64,000 bases of DNA from a virus (lineage: Duplodnaviria > Caudoviricetes), in IMG/VR virus record IMGVR_UViG_2595698683_000001, positions 6,237 to 70,236 of that record; one strand, 5' to 3'. Below are positions 1 through 10,009 of the stretch, piece by piece. Below the pieces are notes generated by a model. The model did no database searches. It was not told the DNA's origin and saw only the letters and a program-made list of their open reading frames with translations. Both the position numbers and the translations under genes were made by a program. The stretch's first letter is position 1. The number at the start of each line of letters is the position of its first letter.

Positions 1-1
1 G

Positions 2-850
2 GGCAGCAACAGCAACCACTGGAGCGCCTGGCAGATCGGTGACGAGGATGTGCAGCTGCACATCAAGCCCGTGATGGAAGTGCTGTGCGCGGCCATCTAC
101 CGCGAGGTACTGGTGGCCACGCTCAAGGCCGAAGGCATCGACCCCGACAGGTACGTGTTGTGGTACGACGCCAGTGGGCTGACCGTTGACCCCGACAAGA
201 CCGACGAGGCCACCGCCGCCAAGGAGCAGGGTGCCATCACCCATGAGGCGTACCGCCGCTACCTGGGGCTGGCCGACGACGACGGCTACGACCTGGAAAC
301 GCTGGAAGGTGCCCAGGCATGGGCGCGCGATGCCATCGTGGCCGACCCCAGCCTGATCAAGGTGCTTGCCCCGCTGCTCACCGACGAGCTGGCCGAAATC
401 GACTGGCCCGAACCCCCGGCCGCGCTGCCGCCGGGCGAGGAGGACCAGGCCGACGAGGACGAGCAGGACAGCACCGGCAGCGAGCCCAACACCGAGAACG
501 ACGCCGAGGCGGCAGCGCGCATCAGCAGCACGGCCGACATGGTGCTGGCCGAGCGTCTGCTGACCGTGCGCGCCCTGGGCCTGGCGGGCAAGCGGCGCGT
601 GAAGGTGAACGATCGCGCGCAGAAGGCACGGCTGGCGGGCATCGCGCCGCACGACTACCACCGCGTGATGGGACCGGTGGCCGACGCCGATATCCCACGG
701 CTGATCAGCGGCTGGGACGAGGGCCTGGAAGAGGAGGCGCTGGCGCTGCTCGGGGTGGACCACCGCCGCACCGAGGCACTGCGCGCCGCCGTGCGGGCGC
801 AGGTGCGCCGTGAGCTGACCATGCCCGTTGTCGACGCGGAGGTGTGCTGA
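2..850 (+). CDS. Portal protein, C-terminal part (5' truncated by window)
   Basis: Frame open from base 2 (GSNSNHWSAWQIGDEDVQLHIKP...); the NHWSAW motif and position before the MuF/protease and capsid genes fit Cluster B-type portals. Confidence 0.8.
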   Translation, partial: GSNSNHWSAWQIGDEDVQLHIKPVMEVLCAAIYREVLVATLKAEGIDPDRYVLWYDASGLTVDPDKTDEATAAKEQGAITHEAYRRYLGLADDDGYDLETLEGAQAWARDAIVADPSLIKVLAPLLTDELAEIDWPEPPAALPPGEEDQADEDEQDSTGSEPNTENDAEAAARISSTADMVLAERLLTVRALGLAGKRRVKVNDRAQKARLAGIAPHDYHRVMGPVADADIPRLISGWDEGLEEEALALLGVDHRRTEALRAAVRAQVRRELTMPVVDAEVC

Positions 851-947
851 TGAAGAACACGACCCCGAACTGTGCCTACATCGGAGGCCACCGACCAGGG
901 TATGACCCTGAGTGTGCGTGGTGTGCGCGAGCGGTGGTGACCAACTG

Positions 948-3473
948 ATGTGGCCCCTGCCTGGTGAGGCCCTGAACCGGACCATCGAGGTGGAGGCCGG
1001 TATCGCTGACCTGTACGCCGACGTGCTGAACACCTGGTGCGACCAGGCCCGCGCTGCTGTCCTCCCGACCCTCACCACCAGTGAAAACAACGCGCTCACT
1101 GCGGATGGAAGTTTGCCACCGGAGCCGGGAGGGATAGATGAAACTGCCGGGTTCTGGGATCAACACTCGACTGAGTTGATCCTAGCAGGTATGTCAAATT
1201 TGTACGCATTGTCGCTGGTAGAGGGAATGGAAGGTATGGATATTCCCTTGCCAGACATCAATTTGTCCGGACGGGAACGGCCGGTCATCCCGGCGTCCGT
1301 CGTTCGGTCGATTACTTCGACTAGCTCGGTAGCTGAGGCCGACATCCAGCGGGCTGCCGACATCGTGGAAAGCGTGCCCGAGCTGCGCCAGGCCCGCGAC
1401 GACTTCGTGGCGGCGCAGCGGCCGGACGTGGCAGCGGTGCCCAAGGTGGTGCAGGCCAAGGTCCAGGCAGCGGTGGCGGCGGTGAAGTTCGATCAGGCCC
1501 AGTACGACCCCATGCACACCGACAACGACGTGCCCGTGATCGAGGTGTACGTCACCCGCCAGCGGGAAGCAGCGGCGGCGGTGCTCACGCCCGGCAGCCC
1601 CGAGCTGCGCGACGTGGCCCGTAACGAGGGCTACCAGGCGGCGGGCATCCAGAACGCGGCGGTGGTGGTCGCGGCGGCGCAGTCCGAGGACGAGCTGGAG
1701 AAGGTGTGGATCGCCACCATCGACGGCAAGACGCGGCATACGCACTTCGCCGCCGACGGCCAGCGCGCACCCCTCGCCGGTAAGTTCACGGTCGGTGCCG
1801 CCTTGCTGGACTTCCCAGCAGACCCCGCAGGCCCGGCGGCAGAGGTGAAGAACTGCCGCTGCCGGGTCGGCATCCTGGCACCGGACGAGGAGCTGCCTGA
1901 TGAGGTCGACCGGCACACCGAACGGCTTAATGGCCGGGACAGTGTGCAAGTCAACCGGCAGGGCAGCCAGGCCGACGAAATCAACCGCCGCGCCAAGCAG
2001 GGCACGATCCGCGCCCGAGACGACGAGGACGGGGTAGGCCGCACGGCCAGCGCCGCACCGAGCGAACAGGAGTACGACATGCCCGCAGGTAAGTCCAACA
2101 AGTTCCAGCACGACGGCACCGCCGAGGCGGCGACCACGACACTGGCAACCGAGGACGACGGCGACGGCAGCGCTGAGACGTTCCGCACCTTCACCGACCA
2201 GCCCATTGCCTTCGTCGGCATCGAGACCAGCGACGGTCGGATGCTGGCAACCGACATCGAGTTCAGCGTGCGGACCCCGCCGCTGCCGATGATGTGGACC
2301 AAGCAGACCGGCTACGGCCATGAGGACGCCTTCACCGTCGGCGTGCTGGAAAGCGCCCGTGTCGACGGCGACAAGGTGCTGGGGTCCGGCTACTGGCTGA
2401 ACACCACCGAGGCCGACGAGGCGTTCGGTGAGGCCAGCCATAAGGTGAGCCGCCCCAGCGTTGACCTGGCCAAGACCGAATGGATGTTGACCGACGAGGA
2501 TGGCAACGAAATCACCGAGGAGCAGTGGTGGGACATGCCCATCGACGCCAAGGTGATTCAGACGATTACCGCCGCCGAGCTGATCGGCACGACCATGGTG
2601 GCCACGCCTGCGTTCGGCGACACCATGATCGAGTTCAACAGCGAGCGCGAAACCCGCGACGTTGCCCTGGTGGCCAGCGCCGCCGAGGCGTTCCGGCCGC
2701 GCGTGTACTCCGCTGCGCACTTCGCCGACCCCAAGCTGACCGGCCCCACGCTGCCCACCATGACCGACGACGGGCACATCTTCGGTCACCTGGCGTGCTT
2801 CGGTGCGTGCCACCGCAGCATCCAGGCTGAGTGCGTGGTGGCACCGCGCAGCCGCACCGGCTACAGCATGTTCCACACCAGCCCGGCCGTGCGCCTGGAC
2901 GACGGCACCAGCCTGCCGGTGGGACGCCTCACCGTGGGCAGTGGCCACGCGCCCGACCACGTGAGCGGCCAGGTGGCGGCGGCGCACTACGACACCGCCG
3001 GTACCTGCTTCGCGCTGGTGCGCGTGGGTGAGGACGCACACGGCATCTGGTTCTCCGGCGTGGCCGCGCCCTGGGCCACCGCCGAACAGATCGAAATGGG
3101 CCTGGCCGCACCGCTCAGCGGTGACTGGCGTGACTTCGGCCAGGGCCTGGAGCTGGTGGCGGCGCTGGCCGTGAACACGCCCGGCTTCGCTGTGCGTGGC
3201 CGCGAGGGCGACCAGGGCCAGCCGCTGGCGCTGGTGGCCAGCCTGGGGCCGAACCCGCGCGGTGCGGCAACCAAGGGCGGCAGCGCGCTGAGCGCCAACG
3301 CCATTGCCGACATCGTGAAGAACGCGGTGTCCACGGCGCTGGCCCAGCGCGATACCGACGCCGAGCTGGCAACCCTGCTGGCCAAGGCCGACGAGAAGCT
3401 GGGGCCGATGCCCACGCCGAACGACGAGGTGGCCGAGCTGCTGGCCGAGGCCGACGCGAAGGCGGGTGCCTGA
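948..3473 (+). CDS. MuF-like/capsid maturation protease fusion
   Basis: MuF-type motifs KVWIATIDGKTRHTH and EVKNCRC, then a protease-like domain (ETSDGR...LSGDWR); lies between portal and capsid; ATG 948 preferred, GTG 912 possible. Confidence 0.8.
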   Translation: MWPLPGEALNRTIEVEAGIADLYADVLNTWCDQARAAVLPTLTTSENNALTADGSLPPEPGGIDETAGFWDQHSTELILAGMSNLYALSLVEGMEGMDIPLPDINLSGRERPVIPASVVRSITSTSSVAEADIQRAADIVESVPELRQARDDFVAAQRPDVAAVPKVVQAKVQAAVAAVKFDQAQYDPMHTDNDVPVIEVYVTRQREAAAAVLTPGSPELRDVARNEGYQAAGIQNAAVVVAAAQSEDELEKVWIATIDGKTRHTHFAADGQRAPLAGKFTVGAALLDFPADPAGPAAEVKNCRCRVGILAPDEELPDEVDRHTERLNGRDSVQVNRQGSQADEINRRAKQGTIRARDDEDGVGRTASAAPSEQEYDMPAGKSNKFQHDGTAEAATTTLATEDDGDGSAETFRTFTDQPIAFVGIETSDGRMLATDIEFSVRTPPLPMMWTKQTGYGHEDAFTVGVLESARVDGDKVLGSGYWLNTTEADEAFGEASHKVSRPSVDLAKTEWMLTDEDGNEITEEQWWDMPIDAKVIQTITAAELIGTTMVATPAFGDTMIEFNSERETRDVALVASAAEAFRPRVYSAAHFADPKLTGPTLPTMTDDGHIFGHLACFGACHRSIQAECVVAPRSRTGYSMFHTSPAVRLDDGTSLPVGRLTVGSGHAPDHVSGQVAAAHYDTAGTCFALVRVGEDAHGIWFSGVAAPWATAEQIEMGLAAPLSGDWRDFGQGLELVAALAVNTPGFAVRGREGDQGQPLALVASLGPNPRGAATKGGSALSANAIADIVKNAVSTALAQRDTDAELATLLAKADEKLGPMPTPNDEVAELLAEADAKAGA

Positions 3474-3697
3474 TGGGCTGCGGATGCGGTGGTGGTGCTG
3501 GCAGCAACCGCAGCGACACCATCGGTTACTACGTGGTGCTGCCCAACGGGGGCGGCACCTTGCCCGACGGCGTGAACCCGGCCGACCCCGACGCCGGAAC
3601 GCCGCCGTACGCCTTCTACCAGGAGGCGCACAACCAGGTCGTGCTGAACGGTGGCGGCACCGTGCGGCGGCTGCGTAAGCAGCCTGTCACCACGTGA
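3473..3697 (+). CDS. Small head-region protein (MGCGCGG N-terminus)
   Basis: 74 aa, TGATG-coupled to upstream gene. Confidence 0.65.
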   Translation: MGCGCGGGAGSNRSDTIGYYVVLPNGGGTLPDGVNPADPDAGTPPYAFYQEAHNQVVLNGGGTVRRLRKQPVTT

Positions 3698-3807
3698 TTG
3701 CACGCCCGTCGTCTACGTTTGGCCAGCAGAGAGTTCCCGCCCGAGTTATGTACCGGGGGACGATCACCGAGAACCATATTGGCGCTGCTTGAGACAAGGA
3801 GTTCGCA

Positions 3808-5607
3808 GTGTTCGTCTCCCCTGCTCCGCACTACGGCGTGAGCACCCGCAAGGTCGGCCAGTTTGCGCATCAGATGCCGCAGACGCTGCCCACGGCAGCG
3901 GCCGAACTGGCTGCGCTGCTGGAAAGCGCGCAGGCCGACATCAACGACATCCGCACCCGCCACGCGGCCGGTGAAACGCTGACGGGCGCTGACGCGACCC
4001 GGTTGCGTTCGCTGCTCGGTGACGTGGACACGCTCACCGCTGCGCACGCCGCTGCCGTGCTGGCCGAGCCCGCCGACGCCGACGAGGTGGCCGGTTTGCT
4101 TGCCCAGGCCGACGGCGCGCCGGAAGCCCCCGAGGCCCCTGCCGACGAGGCACCGGCTGACGAGGCCCCCGAGGGCGGTGCCGGTGGCGCTGCACCCGAG
4201 GCCCCCGCCGACGCCCCGCAGGTGCCGGTCGCTGCCAGCGCAGCGCCTGCCGCCACCAACGGCAACCGCCCAGTGTCGTTCGGCGCTGCGGTCACCGGTG
4301 CCCCGCCCGTGCCCACCGAGGGCGACGAGCCCACGCCGGGCTGGGTCATGCAGCCGGGCGTCCCCGGCTTCAAGGTCGGCATGGAGAAGGTCGGGTTCGC
4401 CGAGATTGCCAAGGCGCTTGACAGCATCCGGCCGGGCAGCCGGGCAGCCGCACGCGGCAACCGCCCCGACAAGCACATGGACGGCAAGTCGTTCAGTGCC
4501 CAGGTCGTGTCGGCCCTGACCCGCGACGTGGAGGTGGTGGACGACCCGCACGCGCTGGTCGCGGCCATCAACAAGGCCACCAGCCTGGTGAAGGGTGAGC
4601 GCGTCACCGCGACCAGCCTCACCGCTGCCGGTGGCTGGTGCGCCCCGTCGGAGCAGCTGTACGACTTCTGCGACGTGCCGGATGCCACCGACCTGCTCTC
4701 GCTGCCGGAAATCACCATCAACCGTGGTGGTATCCGCTGGCCGCGCGAGCCTGATCTGTCCGGCATCTTCGAGGACTTCGAGTGGTTCTTCACCGAGCCC
4801 GAGCTGGAGGCCACCGACCCGGTGACCGGCGCTCCCACTGCCATCAAGCAGTGCGTCGAAATCCCGTGCCCCGAGGACTTTGACGAAATCCGGCTCAACG
4901 CTGTTGGCTGGTGCGTCGAGGCGGGCATTCTCCAGGAGCAGGGCTGGCCGGAGCTGATCGAGTGGTTCATGCGCTCGCTCACTCAGGAGCACCTGCGGGC
5001 ATTGTCCCGCCGGTCCATCCTGAACATCGTGGCGGGCTCCGGTGCCGCCAAGGTGATCCCGCCGACCAGCGTCATGGGCAGCGTGGCGTCGGTGCTCAAC
5101 AGCGTTGCGCTGATGGCCACCAACATCCGGCTCAAGCGGGGCCTGTCGCGTACCGCCACCATCGAGGGCATCGCCCCGAGCTGGTTCTTCGAGGTGCTGC
5201 GCGCCGACCTGGCGTTCCGCGAGGGCACGGACACCTTCGCGGTGACCGACGCCCAGATCCTCGGATGGCTGACGGCGCGCAACATCGCGCTCCAGTTCGT
5301 CGGTGACTGGCAGACCCGTGCTGCTGGCCTGCCCGGCAACCTGGACACGCTGGTGTGGCCGTCGACCGTGCAGCTGGTGCTGTACCCGGCCGGTACCTGG
5401 TTCCGCTCGATGAGCAACGTCATCGAGCTGGGTGTCATGTACCCCAAGGAACAGCTCCAGGTGAACCGCTTCACCCGCATGTTCACCGAGGACGCCATTG
5501 CCGTCGGTAAGCGCTGCGGCGAGTCGGTTCTGGTGACCATTCCGCTCGACGTGACCGGTGCCATCGGTCAGCGCGAGTACCTGGCCGCGAACCAGCCCGC
5601 ACCGTAG
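3808..5607 (+). CDS. Major capsid (hexamer) protein with N-terminal scaffold-like extension
   Basis: AGGAG RBS, strongly biased codons, Ala/Pro/Glu-rich N-terminus then GGWCAPSE...RGGIRWP capsid core; synteny. Confidence 0.85.
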   Translation: MFVSPAPHYGVSTRKVGQFAHQMPQTLPTAAAELAALLESAQADINDIRTRHAAGETLTGADATRLRSLLGDVDTLTAAHAAAVLAEPADADEVAGLLAQADGAPEAPEAPADEAPADEAPEGGAGGAAPEAPADAPQVPVAASAAPAATNGNRPVSFGAAVTGAPPVPTEGDEPTPGWVMQPGVPGFKVGMEKVGFAEIAKALDSIRPGSRAAARGNRPDKHMDGKSFSAQVVSALTRDVEVVDDPHALVAAINKATSLVKGERVTATSLTAAGGWCAPSEQLYDFCDVPDATDLLSLPEITINRGGIRWPREPDLSGIFEDFEWFFTEPELEATDPVTGAPTAIKQCVEIPCPEDFDEIRLNAVGWCVEAGILQEQGWPELIEWFMRSLTQEHLRALSRRSILNIVAGSGAAKVIPPTSVMGSVASVLNSVALMATNIRLKRGLSRTATIEGIAPSWFFEVLRADLAFREGTDTFAVTDAQILGWLTARNIALQFVGDWQTRAAGLPGNLDTLVWPSTVQLVLYPAGTWFRSMSNVIELGVMYPKEQLQVNRFTRMFTEDAIAVGKRCGESVLVTIPLDVTGAIGQREYLAANQPAP

Positions 5608-5630
5608 GGCTGGGCAGCTACGTCAAGACT

Positions 5631-5679
5631 GAAGGCGGGCGATGTGAGCAACCCGAGGCCGCTCGCATTGCCCGCCTTC
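5631..5679 (+). terminator. 19-bp stem-loop between the two capsid genes
   Basis: GAAGGCGGGCGATGTGAGC-N11-GCTCGCATTGCCCGCCTTC, two G-U pairs in the + strand RNA. Confidence 0.7.
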
Positions 5680-5702
5680 TCTCGTCTCACCAGGAGGATT
5701 AG

Positions 5703-6494
5703 ATGACCGCCCCCGTGATCGACGTGGTGCACTTCACGCCGCCGCCGCTCAACCCGACCACCTATGGCCTGTACGGCGCGGTGGGCACTTGGCAGTCCGA
5801 CCCCGACAACCGGTGGCACCACGGCGTGGAGTTCCGCAGCGGCGGTAACTACGGCGGCGAGGGCAGCTTCGGCGTCTGGAACGCGCCCTGGTGCGGTGCC
5901 CCCGTGCCCGCCGACCAGCTCAAGACGGGCGACCGGCCGGACAACCTGGACCCGTTCGAGCCGGTGGTGGTCTGGGCGTACGACGAATGCGACCTGACCG
6001 CGCCCAGCCGGGCCGAGGTACAGGCCCGCGCCGCCCAGGTGCTGCGCCTGGAGGAGCAGGTGGCCGTGGAGCGCGAGTTCGCCGCGCGCCTGCTGCTGGA
6101 CGCCGCCGACCTGGAGACGCCCATCCCCACCGCCGCCAGCCTGCACCAGGCGGTCGGTGCCCTGGAGGGCGCAGCTGCGCTCACGAACACGCAGGTGTAT
6201 TTCCACATCGGCGCGCAGTGGGTCAGCCAGGATCCCACCGGGGCGCTGTTCAAGAAGTCCGGCACCACCTGGACCAGCCCACTGGGCAATATCTGGGTGG
6301 TCGGCGGCGGCTACGTGGACGGGCTGGAGGACACCATCGTGGCCACCAGCCAGCCCTACGGCTGGCGCGACGAGCCCACCGTGCGCACCGCCATTGACCA
6401 GAAGCACAACCTGTTCGCTGCCGTCGCGGAGCGTAGCGTCCTGGTTGGATACGAGGCGGTCATCGCCGCTGTGACCATCACCCCGGCCCCGTAA
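5703..6494 (+). CDS. Probable second (pentamer) capsid protein
   Basis: 263 aa directly after the major capsid with AGGAGG RBS; matches Cluster B hexamer/pentamer order (recall). Confidence 0.65.
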   Translation: MTAPVIDVVHFTPPPLNPTTYGLYGAVGTWQSDPDNRWHHGVEFRSGGNYGGEGSFGVWNAPWCGAPVPADQLKTGDRPDNLDPFEPVVVWAYDECDLTAPSRAEVQARAAQVLRLEEQVAVEREFAARLLLDAADLETPIPTAASLHQAVGALEGAAALTNTQVYFHIGAQWVSQDPTGALFKKSGTTWTSPLGNIWVVGGGYVDGLEDTIVATSQPYGWRDEPTVRTAIDQKHNLFAAVAERSVLVGYEAVIAAVTITPAP

Positions 6495-6505
6495 GGAGAC
6501 CCGAC

Positions 6506-7363
6506 ATGCCTGCCGGAATCATCGCCACCGTCGACAACGGCTATGCCACCATCGACTTCCTGGACAAGAGCCTGCGCGGTCCCGCGCTGGCCGAGCTGGT
6601 CGAAATCGGCGGGCCTGCCAGCATCGAGACCATCACCCGCGATGGCCCGCGCCGCAAGTACCGCGTGCTGGTCGGCAATGCCCAGGCGGCTGGGCTGCTC
6701 GATGGCGACGAGGTGGGCGACGTGTGGTCTGCCGGGCGCGACACCGGGGCGGCGGCTGCCACCAAGGCCAGCGACCCGAACGTCAACCCTGGCGCGGATA
6801 ACGCCAACTGGCACACCCCGGTGGACCAGCACACCAGCGCCAACGCATACGTCGGCAAGGTGCCGAACGCCACGGTGCTGCACAACCGGGGCCAGGTGTA
6901 CACCGGCAGCGCCGACAGCGTGGGCGGCGACCTGGCGCACCCGCCGACGCACGCCGAGGTCATCCAGAACGTCAAGGACGCCAAGACGCCGCCGACCGAG
7001 GGCTTCGCAGTCCAGACCATGCGCGCGGCAGCGGTGGCGGGCAGCCTGGCCGAGCAGGACAGCGCCCTGGGCAGCGACCCCGGCGGCTGGGGTCCGCAGC
7101 CCGGCGACACCGGTACCGAGCCGGTGGACGCGCCCGCAGAGGCCGACGCAGAGGCCCCCAGCGAGCCCCAGGGCAGCGAAACGCCGACCGCCGAGGTAAC
7201 CACCCCGGCCGAGGCCCCCGCATACCCTGACGGCGAGCCCACGATTGACTGGACCCGCAAGCAGCTGGACGCCTACGCGGCGGCTGTGAAGGGCCTGGAC
7301 ACCACCAAGCTCGAAAGCAAGGCGGCTGCGCTGGCCGCGATCAACGAGGCACCCAAGGAGTAG
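6506..7363 (+). CDS. Head-region protein with C-terminal HeH/LEM-like motif
   Basis: AAGGAG RBS; C-terminus DWTRKQLDAYAA...KAAALAAI. Confidence 0.6.
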   Translation: MPAGIIATVDNGYATIDFLDKSLRGPALAELVEIGGPASIETITRDGPRRKYRVLVGNAQAAGLLDGDEVGDVWSAGRDTGAAAATKASDPNVNPGADNANWHTPVDQHTSANAYVGKVPNATVLHNRGQVYTGSADSVGGDLAHPPTHAEVIQNVKDAKTPPTEGFAVQTMRAAAVAGSLAEQDSALGSDPGGWGPQPGDTGTEPVDAPAEADAEAPSEPQGSETPTAEVTTPAEAPAYPDGEPTIDWTRKQLDAYAAAVKGLDTTKLESKAAALAAINEAPKE

Positions 7364-7366
7364 CTG

Positions 7367-7768
7367 ATGACCGGTCATCAGACCGCACTCAGCGTTCGCG
7401 CATGGCTCCAGGCACGCATCCCGGCCAGCTGGCGGGAAGGCTGGTATCGGCTGGCGTCGGGCCTGGTCATGTTCCTGTTCGCCTTCGGGCTGCTGACGGC
7501 CGACGCGGTAACGCTCTGGCTCCAGCTGGCCGTGGCCACCGTGACGCTGCTGTTCGCGTTGCTGTACGCCACCAGCCCCTGGCGCGTGGCGCTGTACGCC
7601 ATCGTGGCCCCGGTGGGCGCGGTGCTGCTGTACTACGGCGTGGTGGACGACGTGCGCTGGGCACTGATCAGCGCAGCCGTGGCCCAGGTATTCGGCATCA
7701 CCACGGCGGCGGCAAAGACCATCACCGTCGACTCCGACGGGCGCGTGGTTGGCCCGACAGTACGGTGA
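7367..7768 (+). CDS. Holin-like multi-pass membrane protein
   Basis: 133 aa with about 4 hydrophobic segments. Confidence 0.6.
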   Translation: MTGHQTALSVRAWLQARIPASWREGWYRLASGLVMFLFAFGLLTADAVTLWLQLAVATVTLLFALLYATSPWRVALYAIVAPVGAVLLYYGVVDDVRWALISAAVAQVFGITTAAAKTITVDSDGRVVGPTVR

Positions 7769-8136
7769 CGAACCCGTGGGACGGCCCCCGTCACCGTTCG
7801 TGGGCATCGAACACGATGCTCACGTTTGTGTTGCTGGTCGTGCTCATCATCGCCACGGTAGCCAGTGACTACTGGGGCGAGCCACCGAACTACCTTGTCG
7901 GCCTACTGGGCACTGCGGCCGGTGCGTTCTTTGCGGCCATCGGCAGCGACAAGCAGAAGAAGGACGCCGAGGTCCGCGAGACTGCCGAGCGCGCCGAGGC
8001 TAAGGCCGACGCCGTGGGGCGCGTTACCGCCGCCGAACACCCTGAGAAGGTCATTGAGATCACGCCGCCGTTCGATCCCGAGGACGTTGGCGGAAGTAAG
8101 GGGGACGAGGTTGGTGGGGGCGGTGGGCCACGGTGA
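7765..8136 (+). CDS. Membrane protein (2 TM)
   Basis: GTGA overlap with upstream stop; two hydrophobic helices then a charged tail. Confidence 0.6.
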   Translation: MTNPWDGPRHRSWASNTMLTFVLLVVLIIATVASDYWGEPPNYLVGLLGTAAGAFFAAIGSDKQKKDAEVRETAERAEAKADAVGRVTAAEHPEKVIEITPPFDPEDVGGSKGDEVGGGGGPR

Positions 8137-8741
8137 CGGCTGTACTTGAGCTGATCTACAGCTTCCCGTTTGTGTCGGGGCTGCTGGTGGGCATTGCAGC
8201 TCAGCGGGTGTACGCCCATGCCATGTGTCGATACGAGAACGTGCATCATCCATTGCCGGGCGGGCGGCGACATCACGTGGTGGGTATCAATCGCATGTGG
8301 CTGGCCGGGCTGGTGCTGGTGGCCACCCTGGGCTACGTGCTGCTCCAGACCGGCCAGACCGAGGCCAAGTACCGGGGGCTGGCCCGCGACGTGGCCCAGT
8401 GCCAGACCGAGTTCAACGCGGCGCTCAAGGCCCGCAGTCAGATCACCGCCGATAACGACCGTCTCAGCGTCAAGCAGCGCGATCTGCTCACCGAAATGGG
8501 TGACGCCGCCAGCACGCTGGTGGACCGGCAGCTGAACCCGCCGGATGCCATCGCGGGGCTGGAAATCAACGATCCCCGGCGGCTGGCCTGGAACGAGGAC
8601 GTGACGCGGGTGTACTTCCAGCGCGTGACCAAGCTGCGCGCCGAAATCGCCCAGGTCCACGACGAGCAGGTCAAGCTCCAGGAGGACCGGGCTAAGCACC
8701 CGCTGCCCGAACCGACGTGCGGCGTGCTGTCGTCCAAGTAG
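8133..8741 (+). CDS. Membrane protein with coiled-coil C-terminus
   Basis: GTGA overlap; two TM segments. Confidence 0.6.
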   Translation: MTAVLELIYSFPFVSGLLVGIAAQRVYAHAMCRYENVHHPLPGGRRHHVVGINRMWLAGLVLVATLGYVLLQTGQTEAKYRGLARDVAQCQTEFNAALKARSQITADNDRLSVKQRDLLTEMGDAASTLVDRQLNPPDAIAGLEINDPRRLAWNEDVTRVYFQRVTKLRAEIAQVHDEQVKLQEDRAKHPLPEPTCGVLSSK

Positions 8742-8825
8742 GCTGCACCGTCGCCGCCTAGTGTTTGAGCCAGCCTCGGAGACCGACCTGGCGCGCTGCG
8801 CCTGACACCAGGAGGAATACCAGAC

Positions 8826-9632
8826 ATGCCTGGCATCCAGCCCGTCAAGGGCACGCGGCTCCGCGCCACGAAGATCAACGGCTGCGGTATGCCGATTGCC
8901 GGTCCCCGCAACCGCCTCGTCACGTCCGGCTATGTCAGCCTGACCCTCACCGCAGTGATGCGCGAGGCCCAGGACTTGACGCAGGACAACGCCGAGGGCA
9001 AGGAATGCTTCTCGGACCGCACGCCGCCCGAGCGCCGCTGGTACACCCCGGCCCTGGAGCTGTGCAACGTGAACACCGGTCTGCTGACCATGTTCACCGG
9101 CTGGGAGTCGGTGCTTGACGCCAACGACCTGCCCGTGGGCTACCGCGACCAGAAGGAAATCGAAACCGACTACGGCATCGCGCTGGAGCTGTGGACAGCC
9201 GGTAAGTCCGACGAGGACTGCGCCGACATTCCCACCAGTGACGCGGTGTTCGCCGCTGCTGGGTCGGGCCGGAGCTACGGCTACTTTCTGTTCGGTGGCA
9301 CCGAGTGGACCCCTGGTGACATCACCATCGGTGCCACGGTGTCGACCTTCACCCTGACCGGCCGCACCATCGCGCTGCCGTACTGGGGCAAGGGTCCGTA
9401 CAACGTCCAGGAGGACGAGACCGGCGACCCCGGCCGTCTGGTGACGCCCACCAGCAAGAAGGAGCACCTGACCGTGTTCCGCACCATGGTGCCGCCGCCG
9501 GAGCCGACGCCGGGCACCGAGCCCGTGGCGCTGGCCACCAGCTCGATCTTCGTTGCGCCGGATTACTACTACGGTGGCCCGGCCAGCGAGCCTGCCGCCG
9601 CCACCGCACCGGACCAGCCCGCGATCCCGTAA
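8826..9632 (+). CDS. Major tail (tube) protein
   Basis: AGGAGG RBS, biased codons, G..LRATKINGCG N-terminus, followed by a terminator. Confidence 0.8.
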   Translation: MPGIQPVKGTRLRATKINGCGMPIAGPRNRLVTSGYVSLTLTAVMREAQDLTQDNAEGKECFSDRTPPERRWYTPALELCNVNTGLLTMFTGWESVLDANDLPVGYRDQKEIETDYGIALELWTAGKSDEDCADIPTSDAVFAAAGSGRSYGYFLFGGTEWTPGDITIGATVSTFTLTGRTIALPYWGKGPYNVQEDETGDPGRLVTPTSKKEHLTVFRTMVPPPEPTPGTEPVALATSSIFVAPDYYYGGPASEPAAATAPDQPAIP

Positions 9633-9652
9633 GCTGGCCCGCATCAGCGAAG

Positions 9653-9692
9653 CAACAAACCGCCCCGACCTTGTGGCCGGGGCGGTTTGTTG
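9653..9692. terminator. Probable bidirectional intrinsic terminator
   Basis: CAACAAACCGCCCCG-N10-CGGGGCGGTTTGTTG between convergent genes. Confidence 0.8.
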
Positions 9693-9700
9693 TCTGGGGC

Positions 9701-9988
9701 TTAGGCGGCTGCGGCCACCGCCTCGTTCACCAGGTCGTAGGTGAGCTGGCCGTTGCCGTAGAGGCGGCGCACCTGGCTGGGCTGGAGGGTGAGGCGGGCA
9801 GCGGCACCGAGGGCGACGGTGACGGCGGCGGTGATGTCGCGGTGGTAGGTGCTGGTGACCTCCACGGCGTGGACATCGAACAGGGCGCGGGCCAGGCGAA
9901 CCTCGTCAGCGGTGGTGGCACCGTGGGCGATGGCCGAGCGGAACTCGCGGTCGATGGCCTGGGCGGTGAACGGGCTGATGGTGGACAT
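9701..9988 (-). CDS. Hypothetical protein, lone leftward gene in the structural operon
   Basis: AAGGGAG RBS before ATG 9988; own promoter cassette upstream. Confidence 0.75.
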   Translation of the reverse strand: MSTISPFTAQAIDREFRSAIAHGATTADEVRLARALFDVHAVEVTSTYHRDITAAVTVALGAAARLTLQPSQVRRLYGNGQLTYDLVNEAVAAAA

Positions 9989-10009
9989 TTTGACTCCCTT
10001 ACCTGCGGC

